DNA of 64,000 bases from a virus. Its lineage: Duplodnaviria > Caudoviricetes. The first letter of the stretch is position 1. Every line of letters starts with the position of its first letter. The notes under the pieces were generated by a model that saw only the letters and a program-made list of their open reading frames with translations, had not been told where the DNA came from and did no database searches. The position numbers and the translations under genes were made by a program. This document shows positions 1 through 9,532 of the stretch, in pieces. Where the stretch lies: IMG/VR virus record IMGVR_UViG_3300037067_021792; one strand, written 5' to 3'.

Positions 1-705
1 GGAAGATATTACAATCCAGAGCTAGGAAGATGGATAAATAGAGATCCACTTGGAGAAGCTGGAGGATTAAATTTATATGCTTATGTTGAGAATAATCCTG
101 TTGATAGGATTGATCCGTTAGGATATTGTTGGTCATTATGTAAAAATGGCAATTGTACTGAAAATACCTGTCCCAGAAAACCTAATCGAAATCGGCACAA
201 TAGAGATTTGATTTTACCGTGTCCACAACCAGTATGCGATCTAATTAAACGAGGTACAGAAAAAGGAAAAATAGTGGGAACCACGAGTTGTCTGGGCTCA
301 GGTTTAGTACCTTGCAGTTGCACATTCCCAGAAAGAAGAAACTCTGGCAGTGATACTGCCGATGATATTGAGAACGATTGCACGGCGGCACATGAAAATA
401 CCCACTGGGTGCTCACCGGGTGCGCGAGAGATGGAGGTGGCCCGAACCCAGAATGTGCTGCATATAAGACCGAAATTGATTGTTTAAAAAAGAAAGCCAA
501 AGAATGTGGCAGTGATCCAATATGCTATCTAACGTTGGCCCGCGATGTGCTTAGGGTTGGGCATTCTTGTGCAGTGATTTGCGGAGATATGGGTAAATCA
601 AATATTGATCCAGATCGGGTAGCTGCATGTGCGAAGATGTCATTAAAAGCTTCTGAAGAGATAGTAGGACAAGCAGAACCATATATGCCCAAAGAAGAAC
701 CCTAA
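1..705 (+). CDS. Rhs repeat-associated core protein, 5'-truncated, with Cys-rich HExxH C-terminal (toxin-like) domain
   Basis: Frame 1 from base 1 reads GRYYNPELGRWINRDPLGEAGGLNLYAYVENNPVDRIDPLG, the canonical Rhs core ending in DPxG (112-123). It continues in frame into the 208..705 ORF, which has many Cys and CTAAHENTH. Confidence 0.9.
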   Translation, partial: GRYYNPELGRWINRDPLGEAGGLNLYAYVENNPVDRIDPLGYCWSLCKNGNCTENTCPRKPNRNRHNRDLILPCPQPVCDLIKRGTEKGKIVGTTSCLGSGLVPCSCTFPERRNSGSDTADDIENDCTAAHENTHWVLTGCARDGGGPNPECAAYKTEIDCLKKKAKECGSDPICYLTLARDVLRVGHSCAVICGDMGKSNIDPDRVAACAKMSLKASEEIVGQAEPYMPKEEP

Positions 706-797
706 TCTAGAGTTTAAAGATGAACCCCGCTAACTATTTGTAGGTGACAGAAAGGAGACTCTTATGTTTTAAGTTCATTCGTAAAGGAGACTCAAAC

Positions 798-1250
798 ATG
801 AGAGACAAATTCAAAGGCAAACGGCTTGACTATCGCAGGAGCTGGTTAAGTTGTCGTGGTTTTAGTTTGGACAAACAATTTGATGAATTCTATCCAGAAT
901 CACGAAAAAGAAACTATATCTCATTTAAAACTAATATTATTAGCTCACAATACACGGATTCCAATGGTAATGTTGAGACTTATTATCATTACATAACCAA
1001 ATGGATTCCCGATCGGCCCTCGTGGCAATGGTGGTATTACCGTAAACGAGAATGGATTGCACAAAGAATTGGCGTAAATACCGTTTGTGAACGACGCGGC
1101 GGCTCGATGAACTCATGGTTCCGAAAAAATCGAAATAAAGAACAGCGATTCAAGCAGAAGCAAGCACTTCAAAAAGCAATGCGGGATAACAAACTAGATG
1201 AATTCGTCCTTCCAGCACGAAAACGAGACATTCGGTGGGACTATTGGTGA
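798..1250 (+). CDS. Basic, aromatic-rich hypothetical protein
   Basis: ORF 744..1250; ATG at 798 follows an AAGGAG RBS; rich in R/K/W and ends RDIRWDYW. Confidence 0.7.
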   Translation: MRDKFKGKRLDYRRSWLSCRGFSLDKQFDEFYPESRKRNYISFKTNIISSQYTDSNGNVETYYHYITKWIPDRPSWQWWYYRKREWIAQRIGVNTVCERRGGSMNSWFRKNRNKEQRFKQKQALQKAMRDNKLDEFVLPARKRDIRWDYW

Positions 1251-1274
1251 TTACAAAAATCAACTGAATTTCTA

Positions 1275-1303
1275 TTGCAATTCGAATCGATACCCGATAT
1301 AAT
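1275..1303 (+). promoter_or_regulatory. Sigma70-type promoter
   Basis: TTGCAA (1275-1280), 17 nt, TATAAT (1298-1303), upstream of the membrane protein/SPFH pair. Confidence 0.75.
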
Positions 1304-1352
1304 ACCTTGGATTAGTCAGCATTTTGTTTGTGCCTTGAAAGGAGAACAACAA

Positions 1353-1694
1353 ATGTTATTTCTGAATGTCCTTGAATTTTTACTTATATGTTTACTGATG
1401 TGTGAAATCGGCATTCCAGCAATTAGGGGAACTAAATTTTTCCCTCTAATCAGAAGCCTTGGAGTTAGGAGTAAACTTTCAAATGTAAAAACGAAAATTG
1501 ACAACGAAAAAATCAATCTTGAAATAATGCGAGAAACAGAAGAGCTGAAACGTCTGCAGGAAAGGCAAGTAGATGGCGAAGTCGAGAAAGTCGAGGAGCG
1601 TGTCACAAGAAACGTTTGTTCCAAAAGCTGTAGTTCAGGAACCAGAAAAAAGGAGAGAAACTGTAATGAATTTAGAGAATCTGAGTGTAACTAA
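1353..1694 (+). CDS. Small membrane protein (N-terminal TM plus coiled coil), likely SPFH partner
   Basis: GGAG RBS then ATG 1353; hydrophobic LFLNVLEFLLICLLMCEIGIPAI followed by a charged helix. Confidence 0.7.
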   Translation: MLFLNVLEFLLICLLMCEIGIPAIRGTKFFPLIRSLGVRSKLSNVKTKIDNEKINLEIMRETEELKRLQERQVDGEVEKVEERVTRNVCSKSCSSGTRKKERNCNEFRESECN

Positions 1695-2943
1695 AATTGT
1701 AACAAGAGTTGTTGCAATTGTATTTGTTCTAGCTATTATATTCTCGGCGGGTAGTTTATTTGAGACTTTGGATGCTAAGCAAATTATGGTAGTCCAGAGC
1801 CCCGTTGCCGGTAAATTAACTTGGTATACTACTCCAGGTATTAAGTGGCAAGGGTTCGGATCTGTAACGAAGTATCACAAGCGGGACCAGTTCTGGTTCA
1901 GTTCCAAAGACGATCAGGGTAAAGATACCGAAGACGCCATTCGTATTCGATTTAACGATGGTGGTCATGCGACTATCTCTGGATCATTTGGTTGGGAAAA
2001 TCCACTAGATGATATCCATTTAACATTGCTTCATACTAAGTATGGAAGCCAGAGCGCGATTGAACAACAATTAGTACGAACGATCGCAGAAAAGTCAGTT
2101 TATATGACTGGTCCTCTTATGTCGTCCAAGGAATCTTATGCTGAGCGTAGAAATGAATTGTTAAATATTGTTGAAGACCAGATGCAAAATGGTGTTTATC
2201 GCACTGTGACCAGAGAAGCCAAAATGGATGATCCAATCACTGGAATCAAAAAAACTGTTAATATTGTTCAAGTGGTGACCGATAGTACAGGATTGCCCCA
2301 AAGGGTTGATGCATCTCCTTTGGCAGAGTTTGGTATCAAAACTTTTAACTTAAGTATCAATGAAGTTATTTATGACGGTGAAGTTGAAAACCAAATCAAA
2401 CAGCAGCAGCAGGCAACAATGCAGGTCCAGATTGCTGTCGCGAAAGCAAAAGAGGCCGAGCAAGAGGCAATTACTTCTCAAAAGCAAGGCGAAGCCAAGG
2501 CGATGACAGCAAAATGGGAACAAGAAGTAGTTAAAGCCAAGGCAGTTACAGAAGCCGAACAGAAGAAAGAGGTTGCAATAACCCAGGCAGAACAAGCCCT
2601 TGAAGTGGCCAAATTAGATAAAGAATCTGCTGAACAATTCAAGATGGCAGAAACTTTGCGCGGAGAAGGCGAGGCAGCTCGCAAGGCAGCAGTGATGGCC
2701 GCTGATGGTGCTCTTGAAAAGAAAATAGAGGCGTATATAGCAGTGAGTCAATACTATGCCGATGCATTGTCTAAGCATGTCGGTCCATTGGTTCCATCTG
2801 TTATTATGGGCAATAATGGCAGTGGTGAATCAACAGGACAATATTCAAGCGTTATCGACCTAATGAATATGCTGACTATCAAGACTGCTCAGGATTTGGG
2901 TCTTAGCATGAATGTTAAGCCCCAACCGACACCAGCTAAATAA
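1666..2943 (+). CDS. SPFH/Band 7 (prohibitin/flotillin-like) membrane protein
   Basis: N-terminal TM, TTPGIKWQGFGSVTKY, IRFNDGGHATISG, long A/E/Q coiled coil (AKEAEQEAI...EAEQKKEVA), LVPSVIMG tail. AGGAG RBS before ATG 1666; the ORF is open from 1573. Confidence 0.88.
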   Translation: MNLENLSVTKIVTRVVAIVFVLAIIFSAGSLFETLDAKQIMVVQSPVAGKLTWYTTPGIKWQGFGSVTKYHKRDQFWFSSKDDQGKDTEDAIRIRFNDGGHATISGSFGWENPLDDIHLTLLHTKYGSQSAIEQQLVRTIAEKSVYMTGPLMSSKESYAERRNELLNIVEDQMQNGVYRTVTREAKMDDPITGIKKTVNIVQVVTDSTGLPQRVDASPLAEFGIKTFNLSINEVIYDGEVENQIKQQQQATMQVQIAVAKAKEAEQEAITSQKQGEAKAMTAKWEQEVVKAKAVTEAEQKKEVAITQAEQALEVAKLDKESAEQFKMAETLRGEGEAARKAAVMAADGALEKKIEAYIAVSQYYADALSKHVGPLVPSVIMGNNGSGESTGQYSSVIDLMNMLTIKTAQDLGLSMNVKPQPTPAK

Positions 2944-2956
2944 TTTCTTGACGACA

Positions 2957-2993
2957 AAGCACAAGCAGAGCACTTTTGTCTCTGCTTGTGCTT
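2957..2993. repeat. Perfect 14-bp inverted repeat (hairpin) after the SPFH gene
   Basis: AAGCACAAGCAGAG (2957-2970), 9-nt loop, CTCTGCTTGTGCTT (2980-2993); no clear U-tract. Confidence 0.8.
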
Positions 2994-3024
2994 ATCTGAT
3001 CAGATACGAGTGAGACGGATAGCA

Positions 3025-3699
3025 ATGCAGACCAATCAAATACATAACGATGATTGTATCAATTTCATGCGCAATATGGAAGATAAGTGCATTGACATGA
3101 CCTTAACTGATATTCCGTATGCTGAGTGTAATAAAGAATCTGGTGGTTTACGAGAAATAGATAAGGGGGATGCAGACAAATTAAATTTTGATTTAGATAT
3201 ATTTATTAATGAAGTTATAAGAGTCACAAAGAACTCAATTTACATCTTTTGTGGCATACAGCAAGTCAGTCCGATTTACAAGAAATTCCGTGAAACAGGA
3301 TTGGTCACTCGTCATTGTATATGGGAAAAAAGAGACCCATCACCAATGAACGGTCAATTTACATGGCTTTCAGCCATTGAAAACTGTATTTTCGCAAAGT
3401 TTCCAGGTAGTATTTTTAACGAATTTTGTCAATCTAATGTATGGCGAGAGAACAGTGGGAGTTCAAAATTACATCCCACACAAAAACCGATAATGTTATT
3501 TAAGCGATTAATTGAGGCATCATCGGTTAAAGGTGAAATAATTTTTGATCCTTGTATTGGAAGTGGCACAACCGCAATTGCAGCATTAAGCTGTAAAAGA
3601 AAATTTATTGGAGTTGAAAAGAATCTAGAATGGTGCAAAACTGCACAAAGGAGAGTGAAACAGTCTCTTAGGCAGGACATATTTGCCAGTATGTCATGA
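3025..3699 (+). CDS. N6-adenine/N4-cytosine DNA methyltransferase (beta class), orphan
   Basis: TDIPY (DPPY-type motif IV), HPTQKP, and DPCIGSGTT (motif I) in beta order; no cognate nuclease adjacent. Confidence 0.92.
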   Translation: MQTNQIHNDDCINFMRNMEDKCIDMTLTDIPYAECNKESGGLREIDKGDADKLNFDLDIFINEVIRVTKNSIYIFCGIQQVSPIYKKFRETGLVTRHCIWEKRDPSPMNGQFTWLSAIENCIFAKFPGSIFNEFCQSNVWRENSGSSKLHPTQKPIMLFKRLIEASSVKGEIIFDPCIGSGTTAIAALSCKRKFIGVEKNLEWCKTAQRRVKQSLRQDIFASMS

Positions 3700-3704
3700 A
3701 TTAG

Positions 3705-3733
3705 AAAGGATTTTTGACGAATTTTATTCTAAT
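3705..3733 (+). promoter_or_regulatory. Putative phage promoter AAAGGA-N17-TCTAAT
   Basis: Same bipartite motif recurs at 9922-9894 (-), 9976-10003, 15075-15104, 18169-18198 and 21204-21233. Confidence 0.5.
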
Positions 3734-3743
3734 GTAAGTAACT

Positions 3744-6700
3744 ATGAATTGGTTACAGAAAATATTCGCCAACGGGCATTTCAATGCCCGATTTTCTAAA
3801 CGAAATTATCCAATATTTCGTATTGCAGATGACAAAATTGAGGTTCCACCGCAAATCGACAGCATGACTCCTCCTGTTGTCCCAGAAGTTGAACCAGTGG
3901 CCGCTCCGCAGACCACGGCTAAACAAACCTTATTTTTGGTTGTATCTGATAACCCTAATAATTTAACGATTGGCACTAATCCTGCGATTGGTGATCTAAT
4001 AACACAACAAGGGAAAAGGCTGTCACCAAATTGGACTGTCAATGACTATAACTTTGACTCTTTAAAAATAATTAAACACAATATTGTTAAGGGAATTTTA
4101 TCCTCGCTACAATCATTTCCGGCAAAATCTGACGACTGGGTTAAATCTAATGTTATAATTGATCGAGCATCAAACTTAGTAGTGGTGCCCAAGTCATTGT
4201 CGATGATCGTAAAAAAGAAGCCAGTTGTGTTATCGCCAAATACAGCACCGGCGGTTATGGCGTCATTACAGTTGATAGTTTCCGATATAACTAGAACTCT
4301 CCAGAATTATCGAGTCGATGCATCTGTCGAAGTGCAAAATGCAATATTCCCAGAGTCTCAGAAATTAGAATCTCCATCTGAACAATCCGGAGAACAATCT
4401 GGTTATAATTTAAAATTTGAGTTTATTAAAAACCAGTATGAACCAGATTATCATTTTCGCATAAATTTGCGTGAAGAGTTTTCTATACGTAATTTCAGAG
4501 ATAATTTCCAACAGTGGCGTGATATATTTTTGAATCTAGTGACTAAGGCAATTTTCTGCGTGCCGGGTGCTCCTCCTAAAAAAATTGGTTCCGGTAACCC
4601 GGTAGTATTTGCCTCGCCACCCACAAAATACACCAAAAAGGCAAATGTCGAACCCGAATCTACTTTTGGGACTTCCGATGGAATTGGCACAGGAGAAACT
4701 CAAGTATCGTATAAACCGGAGTATATTAGTCCAAAGTCATTCAACATGGGATCGGCAGAGCGCCGTAAGCAGGCAATTGTAGATGCCCGACAAGACCTTC
4801 ATTACTATGATGACCGAGATAGTTATTTGTATTTACGAGGCAGTTGGAATGCTTACGGTCGTTTCGCTGTTTTGCTAAATAATCAATTCGACAACCAATC
4901 CTTGAAAGATGGGTTATCGCTGCTAATGAAGTCAGAGGAACAAGAAGGACGAGCCGGACTTAGAAAGAATGTTCGAACCATTCGGGCCGGCGTGTCTTGT
5001 GTAAACTCCATGGCTGATAACTATGTTCAGGATAACTGGAAACGAGATGAGAACTTTAATAAAGTATACTATCCTGACGTGTTTTTTGATGAAAACGGAC
5101 AACCACACCGCCCAGGAGACAAGCCGGGAAGAAAACTTGATTTATTTCAACGAACTAAGGATCCACTAAAATTAGATGAAAGAACCGGATTACCTAAAAC
5201 AGATATTCCACGGTTTATGCACGCAATTAAAGATTATGCAATTCGTCGTCGGGATCCTCGAACAGGAAAAATAGAGACATATTGGCCAAAACTAGGCCAT
5301 AAAAGAACCATTCTAACAATGTATTCAAACCAGCGAAACATTTGCGGAGATGATACGGGCTTGGGCAAAACTTCAGAGTATATTATGGCAGCAGATATGC
5401 GAACTAACGAAGAGAATGCTGCCAATATAGCTAGAACATTTGGTAATTCAAGTGGTAGAGTTTTAGTAATTACACTAGCAATGCTAGTTAAGCCATTTAA
5501 CAATTCGATTGTCGAAATACTTGGAGAGCAAGCATCAATTTCGAACGATCCGGGTAATCGGGCGAAGTGGACAGTTATGTCATACGATACATTTCGTAGC
5601 GATCCCAAAAGCAAACAAATGCAGTTATTGGTGAAATCTGTTACTTCACAATGTTATGATGTTCTAATTTTAGATGAAGCCCATGTTTTGAAAAATCCGA
5701 ATTCTAATAGATCTCGGAATATCGCTGCAATATGTGATTATATTCCGTTTGTCTGGATGGGCAGCGCGACTATTTCCGCAAACCGCCCTGTGGACATTCA
5801 TCATCCACTGAAAATGTTAGGACATCCTTTGGGGCAATTAAGCCAAGCTGAATTTATGCGACAATACACCGAAATGACCAGCAATAATCCCGCATCTCAG
5901 TATGTCGATCAGACACGGGCTGATAATCAAATTGCTAGCGTAGAGGGATATGACATAGCTAATGTTCCTGCATTTTTAAAAGAAGTTGTATTTCCATCTA
6001 GGGAATATAAATCTCTATCTTCTGTTCTTGATAGAATCCAGTATGCTCAAAAAGCATCAATTCATGGCTTAAAATCTCTCGTTGATAAACAAGTGGGAAA
6101 GATAATGGATCTATCAGCAATGTTGATTCTGACGAATGTTTATACCCGACAGACCAAAGAAGATGTGTGGAAAGAAGATGCATCATTAAGACATCCTGGG
6201 AAAAGCATTGAAGATATTGATGCCACGTTACCCAAACATATTGAGCATGAAATTTTAGTTCCGCCACAACAAATAGGTCGGGATGCATTACAGGAAATTA
6301 ATCAGGAAGCGATGCATTCAGCCGATCCAAAAGGGTTTGCAATAGTAAGAAAAATTAAAATCGCTGAAAAGAAAGTCCCGATTACAATAAGCCACATATC
6401 TAATATTTGGGCACAGTCTCCTAACCCAGAGAAAATTTTGGTTTTTACGGGATTCCACGAGTCGGGTCGGCTGTTGGCAGAAGGTTTAGGGCAAAAGCTT
6501 AGCATTATGTTTCCGGGACAAAATTTTAAATGCATTCGTGCCGTTGGACCCGATATTAATATTGAGAATAGACAATCTTTTGTAGATGAGTTTAAGCAGA
6601 ATCCTGCAGCAAAAGCACTGGTATTAGGTATTGAATCTGGCGGGACTGGCATTGATGTTCCCAATATAACGAGCCACTGTTTCTTTAACGATTTGCCGTG

Positions 6701-7070
6701 GACACCCCGTGCAATTGTTCAAGCTAAAGGGCGAATCTATCGTATGAATACCAAAGATGATGTAAATATTTATTATGTTGCTGTTGATGGAACACCCGAC
6801 AAGATGTATGCCGCATCACTCAAGAAGAAAGAAGCGTTGGCGAATATGGTTCAGGGCATTAATAAGGCATATGCAGATAAGGTTCAAAATCACCAGGACA
6901 CATCCGAGGAAGTGGCACGTTCTCGTGAGATTTACTGGGATCTGGTAATGGATCAAGTTCGAGATGCGGTGATTGCCAATGAATACATTAAAACTGGCAT
7001 TTATTATGATATTACAAGACCAACGACTAATGCACATAGTTCTTCGTGGCTAAGAAAGGCGATCTCATGA
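3744..7070 (+). CDS. SNF2-family (superfamily 2) helicase/translocase with long N-terminal extension
   Basis: GDDTGLGKT (motif I), ILDEAH (II), SATISANRP (III), SGGTGID (V), QAKGRIYR (VI). Confidence 0.92.
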   Translation: MNWLQKIFANGHFNARFSKRNYPIFRIADDKIEVPPQIDSMTPPVVPEVEPVAAPQTTAKQTLFLVVSDNPNNLTIGTNPAIGDLITQQGKRLSPNWTVNDYNFDSLKIIKHNIVKGILSSLQSFPAKSDDWVKSNVIIDRASNLVVVPKSLSMIVKKKPVVLSPNTAPAVMASLQLIVSDITRTLQNYRVDASVEVQNAIFPESQKLESPSEQSGEQSGYNLKFEFIKNQYEPDYHFRINLREEFSIRNFRDNFQQWRDIFLNLVTKAIFCVPGAPPKKIGSGNPVVFASPPTKYTKKANVEPESTFGTSDGIGTGETQVSYKPEYISPKSFNMGSAERRKQAIVDARQDLHYYDDRDSYLYLRGSWNAYGRFAVLLNNQFDNQSLKDGLSLLMKSEEQEGRAGLRKNVRTIRAGVSCVNSMADNYVQDNWKRDENFNKVYYPDVFFDENGQPHRPGDKPGRKLDLFQRTKDPLKLDERTGLPKTDIPRFMHAIKDYAIRRRDPRTGKIETYWPKLGHKRTILTMYSNQRNICGDDTGLGKTSEYIMAADMRTNEENAANIARTFGNSSGRVLVITLAMLVKPFNNSIVEILGEQASISNDPGNRAKWTVMSYDTFRSDPKSKQMQLLVKSVTSQCYDVLILDEAHVLKNPNSNRSRNIAAICDYIPFVWMGSATISANRPVDIHHPLKMLGHPLGQLSQAEFMRQYTEMTSNNPASQYVDQTRADNQIASVEGYDIANVPAFLKEVVFPSREYKSLSSVLDRIQYAQKASIHGLKSLVDKQVGKIMDLSAMLILTNVYTRQTKEDVWKEDASLRHPGKSIEDIDATLPKHIEHEILVPPQQIGRDALQEINQEAMHSADPKGFAIVRKIKIAEKKVPITISHISNIWAQSPNPEKILVFTGFHESGRLLAEGLGQKLSIMFPGQNFKCIRAVGPDINIENRQSFVDEFKQNPAAKALVLGIESGGTGIDVPNITSHCFFNDLPWTPRAIVQAKGRIYRMNTKDDVNIYYVAVDGTPDKMYAASLKKKEALANMVQGINKAYADKVQNHQDTSEEVARSREIYWDLVMDQVRDAVIANEYIKTGIYYDITRPTTNAHSSSWLRKAIS

Positions 7071-8302
7071 GTTGGTTGTCAAAAATATGCGGTAAGCACT
7101 GGAAAGATAAGAAATGGGTGACACTGTGGCATCTAAGCCCAGATCGCCACAATGTTTTGATGCCACGATCTACTCTTGGCAAGGGCGAATATTCGCGAAC
7201 TGGTTTATATTTTACGGAATCATTTTATTCACTTCTTAATGACTGGATGGGATTTGTCGCTGGTAAGAAAAAGAGTGAAGGATCTTATTCCAAGTTGTTT
7301 TTACACAAAGTAATTGCACCGGAATGGGTAATTAAAAAGTGTCACAAAGAACGATATGAGGTATTTAAGGCCGAAGATGAGGCAGATGAAGCGCTTTTTG
7401 GATTTTGGGGGTGGGGACAACAAACGTTTATGCCTGAGAAATTTTTTCCATATATTAAACTAGTTAGCATTGATGAATATGATTTTGAAGAATTACAAGA
7501 TTTATACGATAATGCCCAAAGATATAGACACAATATAGAAAATTTGAGCGATCCATCTCGTTACATTGGTTTGTCTAATACTCCAGAAGATAAAGAAAAA
7601 CTGCGTAACACCAGAATAGACAATGAGTATCGTCGGTCTAAAATGACTGTTCAAGATGAAATGAAAAAACGATACCCCAAAGACAAAACTGCCGCTGGAT
7701 GGTACGAATCATCGATTTATGATAAGGCGTGGTGGATAGCACCAGATGGAACTGCTCATGATGTTCTTTCTACGCACCATCAATGGCCCAGAGAAAACAA
7801 ACAATTGCTTGAAAGTAAATACAATCTGAGTCTAGACGAATGGTATCAGAATGAGATAGAAAGATACGAAGCAGAGGAATTCAGTGATCTTCGAAACGAG
7901 AGAATTAGAGAGTTGTCCTATGCTCAAGATATTGACGAATCGCAAGTTGTGCTATCTGAAAGAGACGAAGAAGAAATTTCTAACTGGGCATCAGAATCGG
8001 CCGATGATTTATTTAATAGCAAGTATGGTCTTGCAGTCGTTGATTTGCTAATAGAAAATGGATGGATACGAGTAGCTAAAAAAAGCGTCATACACTTCGA
8101 AGGAGAAGTATCATCCAGTTTTTATAATAGAATTGAAATATTTTTGATAAATAAGATTTCTGGAGTCTGGAAGGATCGGGGGTATCGTATCGTAATTAAT
8201 GACGCCGAAATCACATCTGGTGATCTACAAGATGCGGGCACTCTTGAGTTGGCGATTAAAAAACCAAGAAGATTTTCTAGATATTATATGGATAGAAGAT
8301 GA
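7067..8302 (+). CDS. Two-domain protein with N-terminal ADP-ribosyltransferase-like pattern
   Basis: ATGA overlap with the helicase stop. TLWHLS...GLYFT...LFLHKV resembles the ART fold H/Y signature; the second domain has WWIAPDG...H...NGWIRV. Confidence 0.55.
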   Translation: MSWLSKICGKHWKDKKWVTLWHLSPDRHNVLMPRSTLGKGEYSRTGLYFTESFYSLLNDWMGFVAGKKKSEGSYSKLFLHKVIAPEWVIKKCHKERYEVFKAEDEADEALFGFWGWGQQTFMPEKFFPYIKLVSIDEYDFEELQDLYDNAQRYRHNIENLSDPSRYIGLSNTPEDKEKLRNTRIDNEYRRSKMTVQDEMKKRYPKDKTAAGWYESSIYDKAWWIAPDGTAHDVLSTHHQWPRENKQLLESKYNLSLDEWYQNEIERYEAEEFSDLRNERIRELSYAQDIDESQVVLSERDEEEISNWASESADDLFNSKYGLAVVDLLIENGWIRVAKKSVIHFEGEVSSSFYNRIEIFLINKISGVWKDRGYRIVINDAEITSGDLQDAGTLELAIKKPRRFSRYYMDRR

Positions 8303-9006
8303 ATCGAAAGAATTGGCTACAAAAATTTTCGCACATTCAGAAACGTAGAGTATCAAGATACGGACACTATGTTATTTTCCTGGTTAATGGACCACAAGTT
8401 CGCAAATCTTCTTTGTCCGCCGAAGAGTTCACTAATTTTGCAATACATGATGATTTCCCCAATTTAATACCCAAAAATGAAATTTGGATTAGCAATGAAG
8501 TATCCGGTGAAGAAAGATATTTTGCTATCCATGATGCACTATATCAATTAAAGTGCATACAACGGGGCATGAGTAAATCCGAAGCATATGAAAGAGCAAT
8601 ATTAAATGAGAAATCTATGCGACAGTCTAAACTGCTTTCACGGCATAGTCCAGAATCAACAAATAAACCTGCTCCGGAGTCAGTTTACATTAAACGATAT
8701 TGTCAATTGGGTGATATTTCTGTATGGATAGTAGACGGATCGAAGATTCGCGATTTGTTTAAAACTGATTTTGTGGATGGAGGGCATGGATATGTTTATC
8801 CGTGGATACCAAATGACGAAGTATGGATCGAGTCTGGGCTGGATGACCGGGAAATAAAATATACTTTGTATCACGAGGTGTCAGAGCGTAATTTAATGAA
8901 AAATAATCATATGGAATATCACCAGGCTCATAGTAAAGCATCTAAATTGGAATTTGAATGCCGTAACAAATCGGGATGCCCCAAACCGGAGAATTGTAAT
9001 GTTTAA
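8299..9006 (+). CDS. Tandem-duplicated domain protein; second copy has HExxE...AH (zincin-like)
   Basis: Repeat 1 FLVNG..VR...IPKNEIWI...HD versus repeat 2 WIVDG..IR...IPNDEVWI...HEVSE...YHQAH. Confidence 0.6.
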   Translation: MNRKNWLQKFSHIQKRRVSRYGHYVIFLVNGPQVRKSSLSAEEFTNFAIHDDFPNLIPKNEIWISNEVSGEERYFAIHDALYQLKCIQRGMSKSEAYERAILNEKSMRQSKLLSRHSPESTNKPAPESVYIKRYCQLGDISVWIVDGSKIRDLFKTDFVDGGHGYVYPWIPNDEVWIESGLDDREIKYTLYHEVSERNLMKNNHMEYHQAHSKASKLEFECRNKSGCPKPENCNV

Positions 9007-9532
9007 AATTACCTCGCAATTGTTACTATTTGCAGATAGAAAATATAGTTCTACGCAGATAGACGCACCCAAAAATATTGCAGATATTGTGATGAACTTT
9101 AATAAGGAAAATATAAAAGAGAAAGATTTGTTTAAATCTGATGATTCGTTTGGCAGAGAAAAAAATGTTCATATAACTGTTAAGTTTGGTATTCACACCA
9201 AAAATGCCGATGAAATTAAAGGCATAGTGTCGGATTTTGGAGGATTCGATATTGAACTTGGAACAGTGTCGAAATTTGAGTCAGATGAATATGATGTAAT
9301 TAAAGTTTCCGTGAAAAGTCCTCAACTCCACGAGCTGAATAAACTGATCGCAGATAGTACTGAATGTACTGATACTCATCCTAAATATATACCGCATTTG
9401 ACTTTGGCATATGTAAAACCAGGATCATGTGATTTCTTATTAGATAATGAGGAATTAGATGGACTGAGCTGGCATGTTAGAGAGATTGTATTTAGTAGTG
9501 TTGATGAAGAAAAATCAAACATATCACTCTAG
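8999..9532 (+). CDS. 2H phosphoesterase (T4 gp57B/Acb1-like or 2'-5' RNA ligase-like)
   Basis: Two HxT motifs: VHITVKFG and PHLTLAY; ATG 8999 overlaps the upstream stop. Confidence 0.85.
   Translation: MFKITSQLLLFADRKYSSTQIDAPKNIADIVMNFNKENIKEKDLFKSDDSFGREKNVHITVKFGIHTKNADEIKGIVSDFGGFDIELGTVSKFESDEYDVIKVSVKSPQLHELNKLIADSTECTDTHPKYIPHLTLAYVKPGSCDFLLDNEELDGLSWHVREIVFSSVDEEKSNISL

Noticed and set aside
751-793. Direct repeat AAAGGAGACTC with mini-ORF ATG-TTT-TAA
   Set aside because: Explained as a duplicated RBS; too short to support a leader-peptide claim.
1248-1352. In-frame TGA junction joining 744..1250 to 1275..1694, and the TTG 1275 start
   Set aside because: The interval holds a consensus sigma70 promoter and a separate RBS before ATG 1353; the shared frame is a 1-in-3 coincidence.
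3025-7070. Methyltransferase plus SNF2 helicase as a restriction/defence system (BREX/DISARM-like)
   Set aside because: No nuclease or other system genes; a promoter-like motif separates them, and orphan methyltransferases are common in phages.
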